Shown: positions 38,455 to 53,185, numbered from the whole stretch's first letter. The stretch: DNA of 63,983 nucleotides, filler included, from Circinaria calcarea (GCA_051942165.1; 5 parts of 5 records of this genome joined end to end with filler, not necessarily neighbours in it); one strand, 5' to 3'. Numbers and translations: made by a program. Notes: generated from the sequence alone by a model not told the origin.

Positions 38455-38554
38455 NNNNNNNNNNNNNNNNNNNNNNNNNNNNNNNNNNNNNNNNNNNNTT
38501 AATTAATTAANNNNNNNNNNNNNNNNNNNNNNNNNNNNNNNNNNNNNNNNNNNN
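38455..38554. other. Artificial contig linker
   Basis: N44-TTAATTAATTAA-N44. Confidence 0.98.
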
Positions 38555-39130
38555 TTACCAGGGTGGCTGCGGCTGTGCCATTAATCGAGCTATTGCGTTC
38601 GCACCGTATACTGACATGATATGGATGGAAAGCAAGTTGCCCGATTACAAACAGGCAGAGGAATTTGCTAATGGTGTGCACTCCGTATGGCCGGAGCAAA
38701 AGTATGTATTATGTTCATATCCTCAGATGTAGTACTGACATATTTACTTAGACTGGCTTACAACCTTTCACCCTCATTCAACTGGAAGGCCGCCATGTCC
38801 CGGGAAGAGCAAGAAACCTACATCACGCGCCTTGGGAAACTCGGTTACTGCTGGCAGTTCATCACTCTCGCGGGTCTGCATACTACGGCCCTTATCTCAG
38901 ACCAGTTCTCCAAAGCCTACGCCAAACAGGGAATGCGCGCATACGGTGAACTCATCCAGGAACCCGAGATGAACAACAAGATTGACGTTGTCACCCATCA
39001 GAAATGGTCTGGAGCGAATTACGTGGATAATCTGTTGAAGATGGTGACGGGAGGAGTTTCGAGTACCAGTGCCATGGGGAAGGGGGTGACGGAGGACCAG
39101 TTCAAGGTGGTTGTTGGCGACCATACTTGA
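38555..39130 (+). CDS. acuD: Isocitrate lyase, 3' part only
   Basis: [57 protein letters not shown]. Confidence 0.95.
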
Positions 39131-40936
39131 TTGTATAATAGGCACCTTCAATCGTACCAAAATTCCGATATACAGTCAATATCAGTTTTAGCCAACTTTT
39201 GCACTATCCAATGGTTCACAGACTCAATTGAGCTCTTTTCTTTTAAGAGTGACCTGCTACCCAAAGGTTGAATAACCTGGCGACCTCGCTTCCACTCCTC
39301 CTTTGTAGCCTCCCCGATTTCCGCGAGAGATGTAAAGTTTGGAGGTTTTCAATCACCACATGCGACCACAGACTTCAGAATGCTGGCCATCCCCTTCCGC
39401 TCTGCCTTACATCCCACTTCAAGATCGGTTGGTGAGATGTCCCCTGGGGCTTGGGCCGGGTAACGGCCAGCGAATACCAGCTGCTTTATGTTCTCTTCTT
39501 TTTTTTTGCCCTCCGGAAAAAAAAACGACGTCTCTGGACTCTTTACTTTGGCAAGCCCAATCTACTCCGTATATGCGGAAGTGGGCGATTTTGGGGGTAC
39601 CTAAGCTAAAAGCAGACGCTGCAATATGCTATACTGACATGGGGTATCTATAAGCTGACATAAAGCCTCTCTCGTAATATAGCAATAATATTCTTTCTCT
39701 CCCTAAAAGGCCTATCACCGGTCTCCTTACTCTCTCCCCCTCCTCAGCTCATGTGCCCCGCTCTTTCTTTTTCGTCCGTTTTTTACACGGTCAACTACGC
39801 ACTCGCCTTCCCCCGCGCGGGATAATACACCACACACATGGCCGCGCCAGATGCACGCGCGAGAAGCGATTCCCGTTTACGACTTTGGTCTCGCCGAGCA
39901 CTTTGCCCGCTTGCTCGTGGTTTAAGCCTGCGACGATGACGGGTGTACTCTCGTTGTAGAGGGCGGGGGTTTTTTTGCCCGCATGCGCTGGACAGCGTAC
40001 TTTGGCAGCCGCAGCGCGGCTTTGAACTTGTCTCCGAATTCTTTCTTGGAGAGCGAGCATGTTCCTGCTTTGGTTTTGGTGACGGCCTTCTTGGCTTTGG
40101 GAGCAGGTTATGCTTTTTTTTTTTTTGGCTGGGGCGGGGATGGAGGAAGTGGATTCGGAGCTTTCTGTTTCTTCTTCTTCTCCTTCTTCTTACTCTTCTG
40201 AGGGAGCAAGTTTTCGCTGGGAAGGAGAGAAAATGTTAATACTGTCTGGGGCTTGGGAACGTTGTTAGTGGGAAGGGATTGGATAGTACCTTGCGCTCGA
40301 TGAGAAAGCCGAGTTTGTCTGGCATGGCTGGGGGAGTGCGTGAAGTATTAGAGGATGAAAATCAAAAGGTAGACAGATGTTTCACTGGGAGTTGAATGAC
40401 CGAAGATGTTAATAGATGGAGGAATGGGTGGATTGGAGTTTTAGACAGCATATAGGTGGGTGTGAAGTATTGAATATCTACTCCATAGGGACATATTGAG
40501 CGCCTTTTCGTATCGGACATGGGCGACGCGACGTGTAGAGCTAACAATCAAACCTCGGCAAACATTTCTCGTTACTGAATCCATTGACTGATGCGCTGGA
40601 ATAGGGTTTACCGCTAATCACTAGCGGTACCTTCGTAATTATGTGACGTAAATGGATGAGAACGGGTGAAAATGGGAGGAGGTGAAGTCGCGAATCGCGT
40701 CCAAACTCTTTCTGCACCACTTCACAAGTCCTCTCGTATCTCAAGCCTGCCAATTGATCATCTGAATTGGTAGTGGTTGATTCTTTCATAGGCTAAGATT
40801 TCAATTGCCTCTGACAGCATTACGAATTCGTTACGGGACTTGTCTTACTTTCGCATTCAAGGTCTCACAATTTATCAACTCAATTGCCTACTGCCTCCTC
40901 TCTTTCTACAACTGTAGAACTTCCAAAAATCCGATA

Positions 40937-42412
40937 ATGGCCGGTACGCGATCTTCCACCCGTCGGGCGACTGGCTCGAGCCCCGTTTCTTCCCAAGATA
41001 ATGCATCAACCAGCAACAGCAGCGCCGGAACTAAACGAAAGTCGACCGCTGCCTCTACGCCAAAGGCCAAGCGCGGTAAGAAGGGCGGCGAGAAGCAGCA
41101 AAAGACATTGGAAGAGACCATGCCAGAAAAGAATGAGAATGCATCTGAGGACGTTGAGATGAGGGAAGCAACAGAGCCCAAAGTCCCAGACGAAGAGGGT
41201 ACGCAAGGCGAACAGACTGATGACCTCAAACAGTCGGCAAAGGATGGCGGGGACAAAGAGGATGGAACCTCGGCGGTCGCTGACGTCAAGAATGAAGACG
41301 AAAGTAAAGATAGCAACGGCAATGAAGCCGCGAAAAACGCTTCGTCGACGATGGATGATACTGGGAAAGTTGAACCTGAGGCGCATTCCGGTGCGACTGA
41401 AGGGAAGCCGACCGGTACAGAAGGCGGTGCCGTTGAAGAATCATCGGAGCGCGAAAAATCCACTCCATCAAGCATATTAGAAAAAGGCATTATTTACTTC
41501 TTCTTCCGTGGCCGCGTAGGTATCGATGAACCATCAGATGTTGGAGACATAGCAAGAAGCTATATCGTTCTACGACCGCTTCCGCATGGAGCCAAGCTTG
41601 GCGATGGGCCAATAGGAGATGCCGGAAACAATCGTCTACTCGCTCTTCCTAAGAAGGTCCTGCCAGTTAGCCCACGGGACAGATTTATGATTTTCGTGGA
41701 AAAGGCCAATTGTAGTATTGACGACATAAAGCAGACTCTTGCTGCGTCGGATTATGCTACCAAAACAGCCGGTACACGCCACACACCTGCTGCTGCGCCA
41801 ATTGGGGAAGGCGTCTATGCGATTACCAAGACGGGACGCGAGTCCCATCTCGCATATATTTTGACAATTCCTTCCGAGTTGAGTGAAGTACAGCACGACG
41901 TCGGTCTACACGAGCGAGGTAGCTTCGTAACGAGTGTCAAGAATCCTCAGTATGCTGGGCCGGCCAACACGAACCTGCCAAAAGGGCCGGAGTTTCCCCA
42001 AGAGTAACCTAGTCCCATACCTACATTTCATATAGTTTAAGATGCTGATGTGTGGTTGCAGAATCCTAGACGAGTTTCGCAGTCTCCGATGGATGCCTCT
42101 TCAGCCCAAATTCCTTGATTATGAGAACACACAGTTTCTTATCATTGGCTCCGGCGTCGAGGATATCAGTAAAGCCACGGATCAACAAGCAAAGGACGAG
42201 AAGCACGAAAAGGATACCCCGCTAGAGGAGCTGGAGAAGTTGGAGCACGAGGATGAGCTGAGGGTGGAACATCTGAAGGGTAGAGCTCCTCCCTTGGACA
42301 ACTTATTCGTCAATTCGCAAACTGACTGATTCATTCCCTAGGTAATGACTCCGTCTTTGAAGACTTGGGAATGAGCTCCAAGGAGTATCCAAAACTTCAG
42401 ACGACTTGGTAA
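40937..42412 (+). CDS. Conserved fungal hypothetical protein (disordered N-terminus, ILEKGIIYFFFRGRV domain), 3 exons
   Basis: Long ORF, GEGVYAI, SHLAYILTIP, SVKNP; spliced end KLQTTW*. Confidence 0.8.
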
Positions 42413-42948
42413 CGGCGGGTTGTCGGTCCATTAGTTGGATGCAATGATTGCTCAATCATGAATGTCTTGGACATGCCTTGCACTCTTCCACCTTTTGAAA
42501 ACGGGACTTGTAAAATAACAGTATGGGAGTGCGGTGGGCAGGCAGGGCTGTTGGTGGGCTTCAAACGATTTGCTGGAATCGAAACCTAGCTCGATAGTAA
42601 ATGTGTATATGAGAAATCTTACTGGCTTCTGAATTCCTCCTAAGTTGTACCATATTTGTGTCATAATCTGTGCATCTGCGATAGAGCATTAAATGTGTGA
42701 CCCTCCAAATGTTAGGGGCTGGTCCACCTGCGTGTGGGGCTAGCCCATCTCGCTTCGAGATTCCGAGCTGTAACTTTGTAATTTTGGACAACACGCCCAA
42801 AAGAATATCTGTCCAGAATAGGCTCCAGCAATTAGTACCATGTACCTTGCTCATGGTGTTTGGTGAATTCCTCATATTCGTACTGTGGTGTTCCCTTCAT
42901 GTTTAACATAGTACCCAAGGAAGCGGTCAATCTTCCATAGCCGTTAAG

Positions 42949-45900
42949 ATGCAGTCGTCCCCGAATATGTTGACCAAGGTAAGAGGCAATCTAGTACCCT
43001 CCCATGAGCTTGACTGACAATGCTCGCAGTTTGAGTCCAAGTCCTCGCGAGCCAAGGGCATTGCCTTCCATCCAAAACGGTCGGTTTGCGACCACATAGC
43101 AGTCACGCCGAAAACAGCGCTGACCATTACTAGACCATGGATCCTTGTGGCACTACATTCTTCGACTATTCAATTGTGGGACTATCGTATGGGGACACTG
43201 ATTGACAGGTTTGAAGAACATGACGGTCCAGTGCGCGGCATAGATTTCCACAAGACACAGCCTCTGTTTGTGTCTGGAGGCGATGACTACAAAATCAAGG
43301 TGTGGTCATACCAGACTCGAAGATGTCTCTTCACCCTCAACGGTCATCTTGACTATGTCCGGACCGTATTCTTTCACCATGAGCTACCCTGGATTCTGTC
43401 ATGTTCAGACGATCAAACGATTAGGATATGGAACTGGCAGAACAGATCCCTCAGTCGGTGTCCCCCCAGAAAGAATCGTATTTCAATCTAATCAGAACAT
43501 TAGTCTGTACAATGACGGGACATAACCACTACACCATGTGCGCCCAATTCCACCCGAAAGACGATCTGATAGTTTCTGCATCATTGGATCAGTCAGTGCG
43601 AGTATGGGATATCTCAGGTCTTCGGAAAAAGCACTCTGCGCCAACTTCTATGACCTTTGAGGATCAAATGGCTCGAGCCAATTCCAACCAGGCTGACATG
43701 TTTGGCAACACAGACGCTGTGGTAAAGTTTGTCTTAGAGGGTCATGACCGAGGAGTTAACTGGGTAGCGTTTCATCCTACATTGCCTTTGATTATCTCGG
43801 CGGGCGACGACAGACTTATAAAGCTATGGAGGATGAGTGGTAAGTTTTGCGGTGCGACGAGTGGGCCTCTTACTAAAACCTGATAGAAACAAAGGCGTGG
43901 GAGGTTGATACCTGCAGAGGTCACTTCCAAAATGCCTCGGCTGCATTGTTCCATCCACATCAAGACCTCATACTCTCAGTGGGTGAGGATAAAACCATCA
44001 GAGTGTGGGATCTTAATAAACGCACTTCCGTGCAATCCTTCAAGCGGGAGAATGATCGGTTCTGGGTAATTGCAGCACATCCTGAAATCAACCTCTTCGC
44101 AGCGGGCCACGATAATGGCGTTATGGTATTCAAGTTGGAAAGAGAGCGGCCTGCATCAACTGTCTATCAGAATAATCTATTCTTCATTACAAGGGAAAAG
44201 CATGTGCGGTCGTATGATTTCTCGAAGAACTTGGAGTCACCTTCAATGGTCTCTCTCAAGAAGCTAGGTAGCCCTTGGGTACCCCCACGAACAATATCCT
44301 ATAATCCTGCTGAACGGGCGATCCTTGTAACCTCGCCCGCAGAGAGTGGCACTTATGAGCTTATCAATCTACCCCGAGATGCATCGGGGGCAGTTGAACC
44401 TACAGACATGAAGCGTGGCCAAGGGACATCCGCCGTTTTCGTGGCGCGCAACCGCTTTGCAGTATTCAACCAGGCAGCACAATCGATTGATATCAAAGAT
44501 CTTACAAACTACACGACTAAAACTATTAAACCACCTCCGGGCACAGTCGATGTGTATTTTGGCGGAACTGGCTGTCTACTGCTCATCAGCCCGACTGTTG
44601 TAGTTTTATACGATATTCAGCAGAAGAAACATCTCGCCGAGCTATCTGTAGCAGGGATAAAATACGTGGTGTGGTCAGGCGATGGACTATATGCTGCTCT
44701 CTTGAGCAAACATAATGTCACAATTGTCAATAAATCGCTGGAGCAAATCAGTACCTTGCATGAGACAATTCGAATCAAGAGTGCCGCATGGGATGATGCT
44801 GGCGTTCTCCTCTACTCAACACTCAATCACATCAAATACACTTTACTTAACGGGTGATTCAAGTCCCTTGGCTTTTACTCTATGCTTTACTAACGCTTTC
44901 CAGTGACAATGGCATTGTGAGGACTTTAGATCAGACTATTTATCTTGTGCGTGTCAAGGCACGGACGGTTTACTGTCTCGATCGCGCCTCTAAACCAAAG
45001 GCCCTCAACATCGACCCTACGGAATATCGCTTCAAGCTAGCTTTGGTGAAGAGAAATTATGAAGAAATGTTGCAGATAATCAAGACGTCGAGTTTAGTTG
45101 GTCAAAGCATTATCTCTTATCTTCAGAAGAAGGGATATCCGGAAATAGCTCTACAATTCGTTCAGGATCCCCAAACCAGGTTTGAGCTAGCTATCGAATG
45201 TGGAAACCTCGATGTAGCGGTGGAGATGGCTAAGCAACTGGACCGACCGAAGCTGTGGACTCGCCTTGGTGTCGAAGCCCTGGCACATGGCAACCATCAG
45301 ACTGTTGAGATGGCCTATCAGAAGCTCCGACAATTCGACAAACTCTCGTTTCTCTACCTGGTCACGGGTGATCAGGAGAAACTTGGTCGTATGGCGAAGA
45401 TTGCCGAGCATCGCGGAGACGTCACATCACGCTTCCAGAACGCTCTGTATCTCGGAGATGTTGACAATCGGGTACAGATGCTTAAGGAAATCGACCTTTG
45501 TGCGTGACTTGCTTTCGTGTCAATTTGTCACTATAGCCTTTATGCTAACAGTAATAGATCCCCTGGCCTACATGACAGCTAAGTCGCATGGACTTGACGA
45601 CGAGTGTAAACTCATTCTAGACGCCAGTGGCTTGACTGAAGACCAAGTCTCTTTACCTACAATTGGGACGCCCCTTCATCCGCCAAGGATAGTAGTGAAC
45701 ACACATAAGGCCAACTGGCCAGTCAAAGCCGCTTCTCATTCTTTCTTCGAGAAAGCTCTCCTTGGAGAGGTAGAAGGGCTAGAGGACCAAGGGGCCCCTG
45801 TCTCAAACGGCTTTGGTCCTGATATTGACGCAGACGAGGAGGGACCTGCTCAGCAGAATGGCCATCGCGGTGAAGAGGGAGAAGAAGACGCTGCAGGCTG

Positions 45901-46966
45901 GGACATGGGCGATGACATGAACATCGAAGTCGAATCAGATGTTGTCGCCGAAAACAAAGCTGAAGCTGGTGCTGGGAGCAGTGAAGCAGACGTGTGGGCT
46001 CGCAATTCTCCCATCGCTGCAGATCATGCTGCAGCAGGGTCATTTGAAACCGCAATGCAGTTACTCAACCGCCAGGTTGGAGCAGTCAACTTCAAGCCGT
46101 TGAAACCGCGATTTCTGGAAATCTATCAAGCAACGAAGACCTACTTGCCAGCCAGTGCAGGACTACCACCTCTTATAAACTATGTGCGGAGGAACGTTGA
46201 CGAAACCGACAGTCGAAAAGTTCTACCGATAATTCCCAGAGACCTTGAATCCATTGCAAACGTCGATCTACAAGAAGGCTATGCTGCAATGAGATCCAAT
46301 AACCTTGAGGAGGGCTTGAAGACGTTTAAGCGAATACTCCATTCACTAATGGTGAACGCAGTCTCTACACAACAACAGGTCACTGAGGCTAAGAAGATCA
46401 TAAACACCGCAGCGGAATATGCAACAGCGATGGCGATTGAACTGGAGCAGAGGTCCATAGGTAGAGAAGGGGATGCTAATCTGAAGCGGAGCCTTGAACT
46501 GTCTGCGTATTTCACGATACCCAAACTAGAAGTGGCACACCGCCAACTGGCTCTGATGTCTGCCATGAGGCTTGCGGCCAACAATAAGAATTTCTCTTCG
46601 GCCCTGAGCTTTGCGAACCGCATGATTGCAAATGGGGGTTCACTCAAGCTATTGGAACATGTACGTATACCCTCCTTCCCCTTGTCGCAGGAACGGCATG
46701 CTAAGGTTCCGCAGGCAAGGAAAACCAAGGCGCAATGCGAACGAAGTCCGCAAGATAAGATCGACATTGAGTTTGACCAGTTTGCCGAGTTCGACGTGTG
46801 TGCTGCATCCTATACCCCTATTTACAGCGGTTCCCCGAGCGTTGCTTGTCCCTTTGACGGGGCCAAGTATCATTCGCAATATAGACGCAGTCTGTGTAGG
46901 GTCTGCGAAGTGTGTGAGATCGGCGCTCCTGCAAGCGGTCTTAGGCTTTTTGTCCCGCCAGCTTAG
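42949..46966 (+). CDS. COP1: Coatomer subunit alpha, multi-exon
   Basis: [25 protein letters not shown]40 repeats, [13 protein letters not shown]-terminal CPFDG...[10 protein letters not shown]. Confidence 0.97.
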
Positions 46967-48415
46967 AGTTGGGAAATGGCGTATGCCGGCGGCGAAGAGG
47001 AAATCTGCTAGGGACAGCTCACTAGGACTGTGGATGTTGTCATAAGGGTGATGGTTAATGTCTAGCGGCGAGCTTTGCTGTAGGATGAAAGAGGCATAGT
47101 GGGTTCTACGCTCCTTCTGTGACTACCAACCATCTACGAGCTTCACCGAAAACTTGTCCGAGTCCGCTACAAATAGCAACCCACTGCCTGCAATTTCCAG
47201 TGCAATCAATGTGTAATACTAATCACCATTTGGCAGTGCCGACCACGTATCGAGAGATGCTGTCAACTCGGCTTATTTCCAATAGCATAACCTGTAAGCA
47301 ATCGTGTTCGAAAATAGCATGCGGGATTGAGGGGTCAAACCAAACCCCCGACCCCGAGCGAAACGTAACATAGGAGGATCTGCTGAGGCTGGTGGATCAC
47401 TGGCATTACGACGACAGACATGGACAGAAAGTGAGATGGCAACCTTATTGTTAGATCCGAGTAGCTTCCTGGTTGAAGGTTCCAGCCACCGAGTTTTTAA
47501 GGCAAACCCTGGGTCATTGGTACTGGAGGTGACGAGGGATGCCTAATGGCGTGTTGTATCTTGGCCTTATAGTTTGATGGTATCTTGATAAGCATCTGGT
47601 GCATGAACTGCTTGACGCGGTCATAGGTCGGCAGCAACAGGCAATCGTTCCGATCCTTTGCCCGCGCACCCACATTCCTTAATCCTACAGCATCCCCACC
47701 ATCACTCAATTTTCACCGCCGCGGTAAGAAGGGCTCCTGCCTTGAGAAATGAGCGCAACTGCTCGTCGTCATTCCCCCGGCCCCCGTCGAGTCGTCGCAA
47801 TCGTCTGGCTCTGGATGAAACACTTGAGTCGTACTGCCGTCCAATGCCAGCCGGACGGATTCACCACGGCCGGCATCCCTCGACTGGCGATCCAATGTGT
47901 TGACTCGACACAATCGCCCAAAGGCTTTTCGAATTGTTGGGCTCCGCAGTGGATGGAGCTTGTTACCAGTATGTGAAGCGGGTACCGAGTAGCCTGATCC
48001 AGAAACTTGTGTAACGTATCAGAGCGCATCAAAGCTCCCCGGTAGCTTTTCCAGTAGCCTTTCCCGCGCAGCAACTCTGCCTTATCTGAGCCACATATGT
48101 CGCCCCATCGTAACTTTTCTTACACCTGTCAGTGCTTCCTACCGTCAGACTGTCCTCCACCGTAAGCCCGACCTGCCCGGGTTTAGTTGGATATCTGTGC
48201 TCTCTTGCTTTCTTGCTTTCCTTTCCACTTTTATCTCTTCCCTTCCACGCTTCGTCGACTTCGAAGTAATACGCTTACCGAATTTATATCATGAAGGGTG
48301 TGCTGTTTCTGCTGGTCAGATTGGTTCCACGCATCCTGTGACTTGTTTCTCTTATTCTCATCGCGGACTTTGTTAGCATCGCATCGAGAAAGCCTATGTA
48401 CGTGGCCGAGAGTCG

Positions 48416-49975
48416 ATGGATAGATCAAATACGGACAAGGCCAGGCTCCTGGGCTCTCGTCTCTCCAGCTGTGAGGATGTGACGACGTTAGAATCCCCAG
48501 ATGGGTTTCAGGAAAGCCCGTACATATCATCAAATGCCAGCACAGATGATGTCGAATCTCTCCAACTGCATGACTTCAAACACCAGAATTATGGCAAAAG
48601 GCAATGGAACCTCAAAGGACTCGCTCCGAAAATCCTGCCAGCTTGGAGGAAAAATTACTACCTGGTCATCCTTTTTGCCGTCATCTCCACACTTGTCCTG
48701 GGTACCATGTTATTCTCCCGCCAGGCCAAGGGGCCGACGCAAAATCCAAAGCAAATATCACGAAAATGGACCAAGCCGGCAGGCTTCAAGATTGTTGGGA
48801 TGGTATTCTACGGCCGACCGCCAACAGTATCCATTCTCGATTGCTATTTGAAGAGGAACCTGGTGACGAATGGAGGCTTTTTGGACGAGGTACACTGGAT
48901 GGTGAATACCAATGACAAATATGACCGACGATATCTAGATGACCTTACCAACTCTACGGAGCTCTACAAAAAAGTGACCTTGAGCGAAACTGGGCATTGG
49001 GCCAACGTGTGGGCTCATGCGACTGACAATGATACTCTTTACATTAAGATTGATGATGATATGGTTAGTTCTGCTAATATCTCTGGTAGTCCTGGCTAAC
49101 TGTTCCCCTTTTCCTAGGTCTACATTCACGATGACGCCATCCCAAGGATGGTTCAGACCAGACTTGCCCACCCTGAAGCTTTTGATATCGCGGCAAATAT
49201 CGTCAATAGTCCTCTGACTAACTGGTTTCATTATCATACTGGCGCCGTCTACCCTTATCTACCAGAGGTCAAACCTTCTCACGGAGAGAATACAAGTGGG
49301 GAAGATGCTGTTCGAACCGAAAGCTGGCGACCTTCGGAATTACCATTATGGAATGGCACCGCAGAAAAGGAATTCGTCTTCAGTGAAGAAGGGGATAAAG
49401 AAAAGGAACATCAAGGTGACAAACCACCGGATAAGCAGAGATGGCTTCCGTTACCCAAGACAGCCGAGAACCTCTTGAAAACACCAATCGTGAAGGCCGA
49501 GTATAATGCCTGGGGTAGGGCCTGGAAGAGGTTCGAAATCGCTACACAACAGCATTACTCTTTATTCGAGAATCTAGAAAGGAACCAGATGGGCAAATAT
49601 TGGTTTGGCGACGAGGAGGGTATCTGGAATATGAGGTATGAGCGTTATAATCTCAACTTTCTCGCCATCTGGGGACGGGATGTAGCATCGAACCCTCCAG
49701 ATAAGGATGATGAGGAAGATTATACGGTAACCATACCGAAGAAGCTTTTGAGACGTGAGTACTTGATTCTTGTGATTGCGTTGTGATTGTTGGCTAACGG
49801 ATTTATTCTTCCAGCTCTCCTCGTTGATACTCATGCTATCGTCTCTCATTTCACATTCGGAGCTCAACGGAAAGTGTACCAGACTGACCTACTTGGTCGT
49901 TATCGTGCTTACGCAAACGAGATGATTTGCGCACCTGACAATCAGATCCACCCCATGGAGCTGCACTACAAATGA
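48416..49975 (+). CDS. Type II membrane protein with DxD motif (putative glycosyltransferase), 3 exons
   Basis: Single TM (YYLVILFAVISTLVLGTMLF), VFYGR...ILDCYL..NL, YIKIDDD, ANIVN, QQHYS. Confidence 0.75.
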
Positions 49976-51148
49976 AGATTGCGAATCAGTTTAGCTTGTA
50001 CGTTATCCACCAACTACCGAACTAAATAGAATTAAGGAATGCCCTGTTCGATACACGTCTGTCCACACGGCAGCAAGGCCGATCAATGCAGAAGGTGATG
50101 GAGAAAAGTTACGGGATACCACACTTGTTCTGTTTCACGCGTTGCACCAAGCATCGAGGATAGGAATAAGTGATGGAAAGGCGCCCTCTTCATGTTACTG
50201 CCAGTCTAGGTGTCATGGGAAGGAAGCATTGAAGATTGTAAGAGGTACGCGAAAACCTCGCTCTGATGAGCAAGGTCAGAGGCTTTGGGATGGTCATGAT
50301 AGAGGATTATCAGGTTATCGAAAGTGCGATTGTGGATTCTTGTCGAGTAGTACCAGTCGAAATAGGGAATCTATCTTGGATGGTCCTACTACAATATCCT
50401 GCTTCCCCTATTTTCCCTTGTTCTCTTGAATCAAGGGACTGATATATATCTACAAACCTTTTGTTGTTCGGTGAACTACCTCATGAACCCCTAGTATCCC
50501 GACCGCATTCTCTTTCCCGTTTTACCGAGTCTGGCTCCCTTTACGCTTTCATGAACGTACACGTCCGTCTTCCCTTGCCCGTCCCATCCCGTACCCGGTC
50601 TTATATTACTAACCAATTTCCAACATCATCCTTCCCCCAATACCATCCCATCCCAAAAAAAAAAAAAGAAATACCCTCCATCTCGTAATTCCCACTCTTC
50701 CCACTCTTGCTCTCCTCTCTTCCCCGGCGGGGATCCCATTCCCCTACCAAAATCCCTCGATATTCAACTTTGAAGTTCTATTCCCCTTAGCCTTTCCCTT
50801 TCTTCCCACCCACTTACTTACTTCCCACAAATGATTAAATCACCCTTCAATGTTGAGTTTTATTTTCAACCTTCCACGGCTGTATTCCATTATATTCCCA
50901 TTCCCGTTCCAATTTTGTTCGATTCCCACTTTAACTTAACTCAACTCAACTTAGTTCGCACTTGGACTTGCACTTCGTCCCTCGGTCCTTGTGGAGTGTG
51001 GAGTGTGGACTATGGACTATGGATCTAGAGTCCGAATTTAAGAATTTCTTTTTGTAAATCGATGGGGGGAGGGGAATGGGGAGTATGCGGGTATGAGTTT
51101 ATTTTTGTGCAAGCCGTGCAAGCCTAAGCCCAAGCCCAAGCGTTGCGT

Positions 51149-51268
51149 AAAAGGGGAAAAGGGGAAAAAGGGGAAAAAGGGAAAAAGGGAAAAAGGGAAA
51201 AAGGGAAAAAGGGAAAAAGGGAAAAAGGGAAAAAGGGAAAAAGGGAAAAAGGGAAAAAGGGAAAAAGG
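51149..51268. repeat. G/A microsatellite (GGGAAAAA)n at contig end
   Basis: Direct reading. Confidence 0.9.
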
Positions 51269-51288
51269 TTGGGGTGAAGGGGTGGAAA

Positions 51289-51388
51289 NNNNNNNNNNNN
51301 NNNNNNNNNNNNNNNNNNNNNNNNNNNNNNNNTTAATTAATTAANNNNNNNNNNNNNNNNNNNNNNNNNNNNNNNNNNNNNNNNNNNN
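51289..51388. other. Artificial contig linker
   Basis: N44-TTAATTAATTAA-N44. Confidence 0.98.
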
Positions 51389-51431
51389 GGAGATGAGAGT
51401 GAGGAGTTCGTGGGAGGGGGTTAGGTCGTCG

Positions 51432-52202
51432 CTACGGGGAAAGGGTCAGTAGGTGATAAAGGGTTTGGGGGCTAGAGCTTGAGACGAACCATTTCAAGCC
51501 TAATGTATATGTAGCCGCTGCTTCTTCAGTACCTTGGCCATTGGCAATACTCCACATGTCGAGTAGCTCCTCTGGAGCTGACAGTTGAGGTAGAGGTATT
51601 TGTGATACGCTAAGAGAAGATCCAACCGTACTGCCCAAACCTGGCCTCTTCGCTTTCTCTTTCGCGGACATCACACCTGGACTCCCTGATTGCGAGTATA
51701 AACTTGGAGAGTATTCTGGTCTGGTGAATGAATCGTTTGTCCAAGCCGGGGTTCTGGGAACACTGTCCATGTTTGGATAGTACTTTTGCTGTGAGAGAGG
51801 AAGATTCGGATCGAAGCGAGGGAACATGGATCGCATGACTGGTGAGTGGGTTCCCGAGGATGCTATACTAGGGGGTCGTACTAGGGTTGGAGAAGTCGTG
51901 TATGATCGAGGTGGACTCGATAGCTGTAAGGGAGAAGCTGCGTTACCCTGGGCTGGCGTTGTTCTTGCGTGTAAGATCGGAGATCCTTGCGCACCTACTA
52001 TGCAGGCTTTTGCAGGAATAACAAACTGGGCGAGGGCTGGAGAGGTCGTTTCCTCGATTGCTATCACTACCTCCGTACTGTCTCCTTTGAAGTTGAATAA
52101 TTCGAAGTTTTCTCTAGATGTGAGCTTCGTCGCACTCCAAGGTGGATCCATGATTGAGGATTGAGTCCCAGTGAACGAGGCTATCGTGAGGAGAGATTTC
52201 AA
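51432..52202 (-). CDS. Conserved fungal hypothetical protein, partial
   Basis: 256-aa ORF with SMFPRFDPNLPLSQQKYYP and LLDMWSIANG; continues past an intron toward the contig edge. Confidence 0.55.
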   Translation of the reverse strand: MKSLLTIASFTGTQSSIMDPPWSATKLTSRENFELFNFKGDSTEVVIAIEETTSPALAQFVIPAKACIVGAQGSPILHARTTPAQGNAASPLQLSSPPRSYTTSPTLVRPPSIASSGTHSPVMRSMFPRFDPNLPLSQQKYYPNMDSVPRTPAWTNDSFTRPEYSPSLYSQSGSPGVMSAKEKAKRPGLGSTVGSSLSVSQIPLPQLSAPEELLDMWSIANGQGTEEAAATYTLGLKWFVSSSSPQTLYHLLTLSP

Positions 52203-53185
52203 TGTGATATCTTGTGTAATTCTTAGGGAAAGATAGTTTGAGGTTAAGGAAAGTTTATACTCCGCATGAATATCTGCTCAACTAGCAAGCCATATTGACA
52301 TGGCTTACACGAGGTAATGACAGTATATGCAATTAACCACGATAGCCGATAGGTGCCAGCATCAAAAACGAGTTGAATAGGTTCGGAAAATACAGAAAAG
52401 GACCTCCTTATCATCTCTACATCTGGCCAACCGCTGTCCCGCTACCCCTGACGGGCAAATCTTTTTTAGAAAGCTCGAAGCGCCGCAATTTGAATAAGGA
52501 TCCAACATGGCGTATAGCATACACAGCAGTGCTTAGTGAGTTCTCCAATCACAATGGGGCTTGGCAAATGTGTCTAACGTTCGAGATGAAGGAGGGTGTG
52601 GTGTTCGGCGGTTAGAATTTGGGAAAGAGACGAGAATGATTCGCTGGGAGATAGCAGCCTTTTAAATACCAGTACGCTGGACGCTATACTTAGAGACAGC
52701 AGCCGAGCGGGCGCTAGGTACTTTAAGGTTAGGCGGGAATTCGTAGCGAGTACAAATCCTTATGAGGCGGGTGCGCAGATATTGTTGCCGATGAGAGACA
52801 AATTTGTGTATGGGGGTATTCCCCGTACCCTAGAGGTCATATCGTCGAACTCAAGCTCTATGCATCTCAAGTTTGACGACACTTGACAAAATGTAGCTCC
52901 TACATATCGGTCTTCCACTGTGTGAGACAGGAATGGTGGAGCTCAATGCATCGAGGATCTACAGTCCTACCTCCATTGACGGCAAAGCAGTGCTGAGAGC
53001 TCATGGATAGTTCGTGGACAGTTCATCCTGCAGTCTTGCGCACCTAACATATTTCCCCAGCCTTGTCTGCATCACGATTAATCATGCCGGTAGGATTAGC
53101 TTGTATTCCTGTGCCACGATGAGACCTGAGTTCACTGGCTTCCAGATGTGGCATGCAAGTCACCTTAGTGCATGCATCACCTTGG

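Noticed and set aside
39250..39500. Possible structured ncRNA downstream of isocitrate lyase
   Set aside because: No recognisable snRNA, snoRNA, RNase P or MRP boxes; an Infernal/Rfam search would be needed.
39791..40325. Lys/Glu-rich minus-strand gene or pseudogene starting MPDKLGFLIERK
   Set aside because: Needs several stops and a homopolymer frameshift to reconstruct; no family recognised.
51093..51344. Lys/Gly-rich ORF
   Set aside because: Translation of a microsatellite running into the linker.
12761..51388. Four TTAATTAATTAA palindromes spaced about 12.8 kb apart
   Set aside because: Artificial linkers inside N runs; the regular spacing reflects size-sorted contigs (12752, 12742 and 12734 bp).
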